From: Methanopyrus kandleri AV19
Lineage (GTDB): Archaea; JAADCQ01; Methanopyri; Methanopyrales; Methanopyraceae
Assembly: GCF_000007185.1 (NCBI RefSeq)
Contig: NC_003551.1
Coordinates: 720,001 to 752,000 of the forward strand
DNA: 32,000 bases
Direction of reading: 5' to 3'
This document shows, piece by piece, positions 25,696-32,000 of the stretch; the first letter of the stretch is position 1, and each line of letters opens with the position of its first letter. The notes below the pieces were generated by a model that saw only the letters and a list, made by a program, of their open reading frames with translations, searched no databases and was not told the origin of the DNA. A program made the position numbers and the translations under genes.

Positions 25696-26904
25696 TTGGG
25701 ACGGTACGTGGATAGGTACCCGGACGAGAACGGGTATTTCGGTGAGTACGGAGGGCGTTTCGTGCCGGAGACGCTCATGCCCGCGCTGGAGGAACTAGAG
25801 GATGCGTTCAAAGAAGCACGTGAAGACCCAGAGTTCTGGGAAGAACTCGAAGAACTGTGGCGGAAGTACGCCGGGCGCCCGACTCCACTGTACTACGCAC
25901 GGAACCTGTCGCGGAAACTCGGCGTCAAGGTGTACCTCAAGCGCGAGGACTTGGTCCACGGCGGGGCACACAAGCTGAACAACACACTCGGTCAGGCCCT
26001 GCTCGCCGATCGTATGGGTAAAGATCGCATCATCGCGGAGACCGGTGCCGGACAACACGGACTCGCCACCGCCATGGCCGGGGCCGCACTGGGCAAGAAA
26101 GTCGAGATCTACATGGGGGCCATCGACGTAGAGCGCCAGAAACACAACGTCTTCAGGATGGAGCTGATGGGGGCCAAAGTCCACCCCGTGAAAGCCGGAA
26201 CGCAGACGCTCAAGGACGCGATCAACGAGGCGCTGCGCGACTGGATAACGAACCTCGAGACTACTCATTACCTCTTGGGTTCCGTCGTCGGGCCGCACCC
26301 TTACCCGTGGATCGTCCGCGAGTTTCAGCGGGTGATCGGCAGGGAGACGAAGGAGCAGATCACGGAGCTAGAGGGAGGTCTTCCGGACGCGATCGTGGCG
26401 TGTACGGGGGGAGGCAGTAACTCCATCGGGATATTCTACGACTTCCTGGACGATGAGGAAGTAGCGCTATACGCCGTCGAGGCCGGTGGCAAGGGGCTGG
26501 ATACTGACGAACATTCGGCCTCGCTGTGCGCCGGGGAGGTGGGGGTCCTCCACGGTTGTCGGACCAAAGTCCTTCAGGATGAGCACGGCCAGATCCGACC
26601 GACACACAGCATCGCACCTGGTCTCGACTATCCTGGAGTGGGTCCGGAGCTCGCGTTCCTAGTGGACGAAGGTAGAGTCACCGCCGACGCCGTGACGGAC
26701 GAGGAAGCACTGCGTGGTTTCGTCATGCTGAACGAAACCGAAGGGATACTCCCAGCGCTCGAATCCGCACACGCGGTCTATTACGTGAAAAAGCTGGTGG
26801 AAAGAGGTGAACTGGACCGTGGGGACGTTGTCGTCGTGAACCTGTCGGGGAGAGGCGACAAGGACGTAAGGATAGCGGCGGAGGAATTGGGGGTGGAGAT
26901 CTAG
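25696..26904 (+). CDS. trpB: Tryptophan synthase beta subunit (TrpB1 type)
   Basis: 402 aa from TTG; [46 protein letters not shown]-like end ([12 protein letters not shown]). Confidence 0.97.
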   Translation: MGRYVDRYPDENGYFGEYGGRFVPETLMPALEELEDAFKEAREDPEFWEELEELWRKYAGRPTPLYYARNLSRKLGVKVYLKREDLVHGGAHKLNNTLGQALLADRMGKDRIIAETGAGQHGLATAMAGAALGKKVEIYMGAIDVERQKHNVFRMELMGAKVHPVKAGTQTLKDAINEALRDWITNLETTHYLLGSVVGPHPYPWIVREFQRVIGRETKEQITELEGGLPDAIVACTGGGSNSIGIFYDFLDDEEVALYAVEAGGKGLDTDEHSASLCAGEVGVLHGCRTKVLQDEHGQIRPTHSIAPGLDYPGVGPELAFLVDEGRVTADAVTDEEALRGFVMLNETEGILPALESAHAVYYVKKLVERGELDRGDVVVVNLSGRGDKDVRIAAEELGVEI

Positions 26905-27300
26905 CTACTCCTTCGGTACTATACGGAACTTACAGATATCGTCGCCCGCCAGCTGGCACTTCGTCTCCTCTATCTCCATGCTCTTATCGTACTTCAGCTC
27001 CGCTAGCTTGCGGAATAAGGCCTGCTCCAACTCACAAGCGGGCTCGGTGAATCCCATTTCCTCCTTAACCTCGGGGTTCTCCTCGTAGAATTCCACCGTA
27101 ACCGTCGTTTCTACGGTGATGACTATTTCTTCCGGGTCCTCCTTATCACCCACGAAGTCAACCTTTATCCCCTCCATGCCCATATCCTCGAGCAACTCCA
27201 GCATCTCTTCGAGGGAGTCCGCGCGCTCGTAGACGATTTCCGCGAGGAGCTCTCCCTTCTCTCCCGCTCCCTCCTCAAGGTCTTTTATCAGCTCATCCAA
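26905..27300 (-). CDS. Hypothetical protein with possible V4R-like C-terminus
   Basis: ORF 26905..27393; the 5' end overlaps mptD, so TTG at 27300 is a plausible start. C-terminal KLAELKYDKSMEIEETKCQLAGDDICKFRI. Confidence 0.55.
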   Translation of the reverse strand: MDELIKDLEEGAGEKGELLAEIVYERADSLEEMLELLEDMGMEGIKVDFVGDKEDPEEIVITVETTVTVEFYEENPEVKEEMGFTEPACELEQALFRKLAELKYDKSMEIEETKCQLAGDDICKFRIVPKE

Positions 27301-27315
27301 GGGGGAGACCCCGAC

Positions 27316-27681
27316 TTGAAGTATTTCAAGAGGTTGTCCGATCGGGAGCGCGCGATATTCGAGGCTGGAATCACGCTGGGCGCTATATATCATCAGTTCT
27401 GCGGCACGCCTGTATCACCCGGCACCGCGGAGGAGGTGGCCAAGTGTATCGAACGTGCTGCCCTACTTCAGCCCTGCGTAATCGATGCTCGGGTGGAGGT
27501 GGACGTATCATCCGAGGATACCGACAACTACGGTGGGTACACGGAGGTTTCAGGCCGGAACCTACGAGTTACGATTGTAACTAGGTGCGGGGAGTGGGAG
27601 GCCGTAGGGAAGCTCGAGTTCATCGAGGAGCTGAACTACCCACTTATGTGGGTTGAGGAGATCCGGCGGGTGGAACAGTGA
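27316..27681 (+). CDS. mptD: Archaeal dihydroneopterin aldolase (MptD family)
   Basis: 121 aa; LSDRERAIFEAGITLGAIYHQFCGTPV, characteristic MptD/DUF372 N-terminus. Confidence 0.88.
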   Translation: MKYFKRLSDRERAIFEAGITLGAIYHQFCGTPVSPGTAEEVAKCIERAALLQPCVIDARVEVDVSSEDTDNYGGYTEVSGRNLRVTIVTRCGEWEAVGKLEFIEELNYPLMWVEEIRRVEQ

Positions 27682-28961
27682 CCGTTATCGGGATAGCCGC
27701 CGACTTCGATCCACCCCACCGGGGACACGCTTACCTATTAGACCGTGCCCGAGACCTCGGTGACGAAGTCGTGGTGTTCCTCAACGCTGATTACACCGCG
27801 CACCATACCCCACCTCTCCTACCGTACCGCTTACGTCGCGAGATAGTGTTAGAGCTCGGCGCAGACGAGGTGATACCAGTCCGGGGGTACCACCAGCGAT
27901 TTCCACTTGCCTACACGGTCCCCGTGCGAGTCAGACTCATGGCGGAGGAGGGCGTGGATGTTATCCTCGACGCTGGACCGTCGCGAAACCTCGATCGGCT
28001 CCGTGAGCACGTCGAGAGGGTGTTGGAGGTAAGTGACCTCTTCTCCATTCCTCCGAACGTTCCGGCCCGTAATGTGGTCCGATGGTTGGCGGCCGTCGAG
28101 TACGTGAACCGAGAGCTGGGAACGGACGTCGAGCTACTCCTTATTCCGGAGCTCGAAGGGTATTCCGGTCGCAAGATCAGAGCCGCGCTCCGGCGCTCCG
28201 GCTATTCACCCGATTCGCTCAGAAAAGTCAGGCGTCACTTGCCCCGGGAAACGTTCAAAAAACTTGAACGATACCTCAAGGCGCGGACACCACCGATAGC
28301 CCGGCGAAAGGAGCTCCTCGACGTCTTGAACCGCGCGTCGAGCTACGAGCTCTGTAGCATCGCACACCTCAACACCATCGCCGTTCGGGAGATCCTCAGA
28401 GGGCGTCCATTCAGATCGGAGCGTCAGGTTTGGGGGGCACTCCGCAGAGCCGACTACGGTTCGGTGCTCACGCGGCTCGCATTGGCGAACACCGAGTGTC
28501 GCGTAACCTCGGACGAGATCGCTCGGATCGCTCTAAGCTGGTGTGTCGAGCGTCTTGTCCCGGAGAACCAATCTCCCGACTCGATGTACCGGCGCGATTG
28601 GTTCGTGGCGGCTCTTTCCAGCCATGGGGTTAAGGCCCGCGATGCGGATCGACTGTACAAGCGAGCCGATTCCTACGAAGAGGCTCGTCGACTGGCTCGT
28701 AGACGTTACGGCGTCGATCCCGGAGTCCCGCGGTTCGAGACCCTCATAGGTGAAGCTAGGGTTTCGGACGGAGAATATCGTCCGGCTATATCGGCCAACG
28801 GCCGACTGGGGGTTGTCGAGGACGGGTTTCAGGAACTGCGCGCGACGGCATTCGGAGCCACGTTGCTCAGGTACGTCCTGGACGACCCCTTCGTGGACGC
28901 CGTGATTCGGGTGGAAGACGAGGAGGCCAGACTGATCGTTTTCCCGGGGGACTCGCCGTGA
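27678..28961 (+). CDS. HIGH-type nucleotidyltransferase domain with about 200-aa C-terminal extension (COG1323/TmcAL-like resemblance)
   Basis: 427 aa; VIGIAADFDPPHRGHAYLLDRARDLGDEVVVFLN, VEGYSGRKIRAALR-like (ELEGYSGRKIRAAL). Confidence 0.7.
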   Translation: MTVIGIAADFDPPHRGHAYLLDRARDLGDEVVVFLNADYTAHHTPPLLPYRLRREIVLELGADEVIPVRGYHQRFPLAYTVPVRVRLMAEEGVDVILDAGPSRNLDRLREHVERVLEVSDLFSIPPNVPARNVVRWLAAVEYVNRELGTDVELLLIPELEGYSGRKIRAALRRSGYSPDSLRKVRRHLPRETFKKLERYLKARTPPIARRKELLDVLNRASSYELCSIAHLNTIAVREILRGRPFRSERQVWGALRRADYGSVLTRLALANTECRVTSDEIARIALSWCVERLVPENQSPDSMYRRDWFVAALSSHGVKARDADRLYKRADSYEEARRLARRRYGVDPGVPRFETLIGEARVSDGEYRPAISANGRLGVVEDGFQELRATAFGATLLRYVLDDPFVDAVIRVEDEEARLIVFPGDSP

Positions 28962-30166
28962 GGAGGATTTGGTTCCACTTGGACTCAAAGAATAGGTACA
29001 GCCTGGCACACGTGCTCGGGGCCGTAGAGGCCCGTGCCCCCGAGCTAATACCGTACATCGAGGTCTCCAGGAACCCGGATCCGGAGCCCGGGGACATCGT
29101 GGTGTTCTCGTTCAACACGTTCATGGCTCCCGAGGTCTTCGAGGTGGTGGAACGTCTCCATGATGACGTGGTGAAACTGGCGGGTGGTCCCCACCCATCG
29201 GCCCGACCGGACCAGTGCCTCGAGCACGGGTTCGACATCGTCCTGATCGGGGAGGGGGAGGAAGTAGTCCCGGAGGTACTCCGTGAACTCATTCGTGGTA
29301 AGGAACCTGAAGAACGCCCCGGCGTTTACTTGGGTGAGGGGAATCCTCAACCAGCCCCGCGGGTGGAGGATCTCGACCGCTTTCCGCCGTACTCCGAGGG
29401 TTTTCGCATATTCTGTTCCGTCGAAATCACCCGAGGATGCCCTTGGGGTTGTGCCTTCTGTCAAGTCACCAGACTCTTCGGGCCGAAGCTGCGGCATCGG
29501 TCCGTGGAGGACGTGGTCCGATGGGTCAGGAGAGGGGTCGAGCGGTACGGTCACACCTTCGCTCGCTTCGTCGCTCCGGATGCTCTGGCATACGGGTCAC
29601 CCGACGGTATCCGGCTGAAGCCGGACCGAGTGAAGCGTCTCCTCCGATCACTCCGCTCGATTGAGGGGTTAGAAAAGGTGTTTTTCGGTAGCTTTCCGGC
29701 GGAACTCAGACCCGACTCCATCGCCAAAGGGGATGCCATTGAACTGATCGCTCACTATGCGGACAACGAGCGTGTCAACATCGGAGCACAGTCCGGGAGC
29801 GAACGCGTACTCAAGAGGATTGAGCGAGGGCATACCGTGGAGGACGTCGAAGTGGCCGTAGAGAAGGCGCTGGAAGTAGGTCTGAAACCTGTGGTCGATT
29901 TCATCTTCGGGTTGCCCGGGGAGACGGAGGAGGACCAGTTAGCGTCAGTAGAACTCGCCCGGTGGATAATCAAGCGGGGTGGTGAGGTCAGACTCCACTA
30001 CTTCATGCCACTGCCCGGAACACCGCTGGAGAACGAGGAGCCAGCACCGCTCTCGTCCAAGATCCGGCGTATACTCGGACGGTGGACTCAAGAAGGTAAG
30101 GCGGAAGGCGCGTGGGGACACCAGATGAGGCTCTCCAAGACCGCGATGAAAGTCCTGAGCGGGTAA
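28958..30166 (+). CDS. Radical SAM protein with N-terminal B12-binding-like domain
   Basis: 402 aa; VVKLAGGPHPSARPDQCLEHGFDIVLIGEGEEV, SVEITRGCPWGCAFCQV (CxxxCxxC), VNIGAQSGSERVLKRIERGHT, DFIFGLPGETEED. Confidence 0.88.
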   Translation: MRRIWFHLDSKNRYSLAHVLGAVEARAPELIPYIEVSRNPDPEPGDIVVFSFNTFMAPEVFEVVERLHDDVVKLAGGPHPSARPDQCLEHGFDIVLIGEGEEVVPEVLRELIRGKEPEERPGVYLGEGNPQPAPRVEDLDRFPPYSEGFRIFCSVEITRGCPWGCAFCQVTRLFGPKLRHRSVEDVVRWVRRGVERYGHTFARFVAPDALAYGSPDGIRLKPDRVKRLLRSLRSIEGLEKVFFGSFPAELRPDSIAKGDAIELIAHYADNERVNIGAQSGSERVLKRIERGHTVEDVEVAVEKALEVGLKPVVDFIFGLPGETEEDQLASVELARWIIKRGGEVRLHYFMPLPGTPLENEEPAPLSSKIRRILGRWTQEGKAEGAWGHQMRLSKTAMKVLSG

Positions 30167-30972
30167 TGGAATTGGAGGTCCTCGTGCTAAGCCCGGCCGC
30201 ATTGTACAGACGTACTGTGAAAGCACTTCGAGATCTGACCGGCTTCGCCCGGGAGGTGGTGGGACTCGAGGAGTTCGGTGTAGGTATAGTAGAAAACCCG
30301 CGTGAATACGTTCGGTGGTTAGCCAAACGAGTTGATGAGGGGACGGCTGAGGACGCTCTTCTCACGCTGGTCGGAGGGTCGGGAGCGCTCGTCGTACGCG
30401 TTGGCGGTGATACGTATCACGTGCTGATAGGTCCCGCTTACCGGTCTGAGGAATCCGTGAAAGCCGCACTGGCGCACGAGCTGGCCCACCTACTGCAGCA
30501 TCGATTGAAGCTGTTCCCCAAGGATGTACCCAGACCGGCAGGAGCTGTCAGGTCCGTGCTGCTACCACTCGAAGTGGGTGCCGAAGAGCTCGTGCTCAGA
30601 GAGCTCCCGGAAATAGGTGAGGTGAGGATCAGGATGGCCCAGGAGGAGGCGCGGGAGTGGCGTCGGACGGGCGACCCGATACTGGACCTCGAGAACGCGC
30701 TCGTCGCCGTCCCGATAAGGCTAGCCGCTCGACGTCTCGGACTCGACACCTCCGTGCAGGAACCCTCGATCGAGGATCCGGAGCTGAGGGAGGTGAAAGA
30801 AGAGCTGGTGAAACTGGCCCGAGGTGTCGACCCGTGGGACCAGTCGGACGTGGAACGTTATACCCGCAAGTCCGTGTCGATACTCCTGGATTGGCTGCTG
30901 GATCAGGATCGGCACCACTCGACGAGCGACTCGAACAACCGTAAACCGTCATCGGAGTTCAGGAGACGGTGA
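30166..30972 (+). CDS. Putative metalloprotease-like protein with HELAH motif
   Basis: Start ATG 30166 (TAATG overlap with upstream stop); VKAALAHELAHLLQHRLKLFP (HExxH). Confidence 0.65.
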   Translation: MELEVLVLSPAALYRRTVKALRDLTGFAREVVGLEEFGVGIVENPREYVRWLAKRVDEGTAEDALLTLVGGSGALVVRVGGDTYHVLIGPAYRSEESVKAALAHELAHLLQHRLKLFPKDVPRPAGAVRSVLLPLEVGAEELVLRELPEIGEVRIRMAQEEAREWRRTGDPILDLENALVAVPIRLAARRLGLDTSVQEPSIEDPELREVKEELVKLARGVDPWDQSDVERYTRKSVSILLDWLLDQDRHHSTSDSNNRKPSSEFRRR

Positions 30973-31583
30973 GCCGCGCGCTCAGGGTGAGGCATCATTC
31001 CGAGGACGTTCCCATCGTCGTTCACAACTCCCGTAATACCGCCGACGGAGCCGTTGAGGTTGTACTCCTCTGAGACGTCGCCGTCGGGTCCGCAGAACCT
31101 GAACACCACGTTGTCCTCGATCTCCTCCGGGTTTTCGTAGTAGTACCGTCCCTCCGCGTGGGCGATCGGAACTCGAATGACTTCGTCCTCCTGGTACTTG
31201 GTCGTGAACGGGGTGTCAGTACGTTCCACGCGTAAGTAGACCCAATCGCAGATGAACCTGTTCCCGACGTTGACCGTGAGAGTACCCGGGATGAGCTCCG
31301 CTTCGGCTAGTATCTGCATTCCGTTACACACTCCCAGCACGGGGCGCCCGTCCTCTGCACACTCTCGAATCTCCTCCAAAATCGGGGATAGCGCGGCGAT
31401 GGCGCCCGCCCGGATGTAATCCCCGTAAGTGAATCCGCCCGGGATGATCACGGCGTCGAAGTCGTCTAACCCACCATCTTCGTGCCAGACGAACTCCGGA
31501 TCTCCACCAGCGAGCTTCACGGCCCATGCCATCTCGAGGTCGCAGTTCGTGCCGGGAAACCTGATGACAGCCACACGGACCAA
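30903..31583 (-). CDS. purQ: Phosphoribosylformylglycinamidine synthase subunit PurQ
   Basis: 226 aa; VAVIRFPGTNCDLEMAWAV, GGFTYGDYIRAGAIAA, GVCNGMQILAEAELIPG, MMPHPERA. Confidence 0.96.
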   Translation of the reverse strand: MVRVAVIRFPGTNCDLEMAWAVKLAGGDPEFVWHEDGGLDDFDAVIIPGGFTYGDYIRAGAIAALSPILEEIRECAEDGRPVLGVCNGMQILAEAELIPGTLTVNVGNRFICDWVYLRVERTDTPFTTKYQEDEVIRVPIAHAEGRYYYENPEEIEDNVVFRFCGPDGDVSEEYNLNGSVGGITGVVNDDGNVLGMMPHPERAAHRLLNSDDGLRLFESLVEWCRS

Positions 31584-31652
31584 ACTCAGGCCCCCGATGA
31601 TGACCTACCCCGGGACCGAGGTGATGGGGAGTCCCAAGTACGCCGAGGGGGT

Positions 31653-31907
31653 TCACTCGACGACCTCGATCTCGTAGTCTTCGACGACTGGATTTGCAAG
31701 AAGTCTCCGACACATCTCATCGACGAGCTCTACGGCCTCTTCTTCGTCGTTGATGTCGAGCTCGATCCTGTAGATCTTGGCCGTCCGAACGTCTTCCACC
31801 TCCTCGTATCCCAGTCGGTGTAACGCCCTCTTCACAGTCTCACCTTCGGGGTCCAATGCCTTCGGTTTCAAGCTCACGCGAACCTCGACGGTGACCAACT
31901 GTGTCAC
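31653..31907 (-). CDS. purS: Phosphoribosylformylglycinamidine synthase subunit PurS
   Basis: 84 aa; VEVRVSLKPKALDPEGETVKRALHRLGYEEVEDVRTAKIYRIEL. Confidence 0.93.
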   Translation of the reverse strand: MTQLVTVEVRVSLKPKALDPEGETVKRALHRLGYEEVEDVRTAKIYRIELDINDEEEAVELVDEMCRRLLANPVVEDYEIEVVE

Positions 31908-32000
31908 CCCGGTAGCATGGCCAGCTTCTCCTCATCACCTCGCAGGATTCTCTCGGCGGCTTCCCTGTAACCCGCCAGAACGTCTCCTTCGTCTTTTCTG
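31904..32000 (-). CDS. C-terminal fragment of an ORF running off the right edge
   Basis: Reverse strand ends ...EKTKETFLAGYREAAERILRGDEEKLAMLPG-stop; its TGA overlaps the purS GTG start. Identity not assignable. Confidence 0.6.
   Translation of the reverse strand, partial: RKDEGDVLAGYREAAERILRGDEEKLAMLPG

Noticed and set aside
1-32000. CRISPR arrays, insertion sequences, toxin-antitoxin or restriction systems
   Set aside because: No repeated-spacer pattern, transposase, Cas, methylase/endonuclease or toxin signature was seen; almost the entire window is occupied by unique chromosomal genes.

Overview
A gene-dense, mostly high-GC window from a hyperthermophilic methanogenic archaeon. Gene content and protein style fit Methanopyrus kandleri; this is inferred, not searched. 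Recognisable content includes tRNA-Lys(TTT) with encoded CCA, gltX (partial) and argS. It also includes aRF1, an archaeal UMP kinase, a PhoH-type ATPase with KH-like C-terminus, and cis-prenyltransferase. Next come an MJ0936/YfcE-type phosphoesterase, a NOL1/NOP2/Sun methyltransferase and a UPF0104/LPG-synthase-like membrane protein. An isoprenoid/RNase J block (idsA, RNase J, fni, isopentenyl phosphate kinase) is followed by a ThiI-like enzyme, CBS and FIST sensor proteins, a LeuD/HacB + LeuB/AksF pair, trpB and archaeal dihydroneopterin aldolase (MptD). The right end has a nucleotidyltransferase / radical-SAM / HExxH run and purQ-purS. No CRISPR array, prophage, transposase or classical defence island was seen. 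The most unusual section is 10.8-15.2 kb. It encodes a large Lys/Pro-rich coiled-coil protein with a bactofilin-like beta-helix C-terminus, beside an Era-type KH domain without its GTPase fused to a hexapeptide-like beta-helix. Other notable observations: the NOL1/NOP2/Sun gene has no conventional start codon for its conserved N-terminus and an in-frame TGA upstream; local AT-rich islands lie in or over specific genes; an inverted-repeat cluster follows tRNA-Lys; and LeuD/HacB has an unusual specificity loop. All family calls are from sequence recognition by eye, without database searches.
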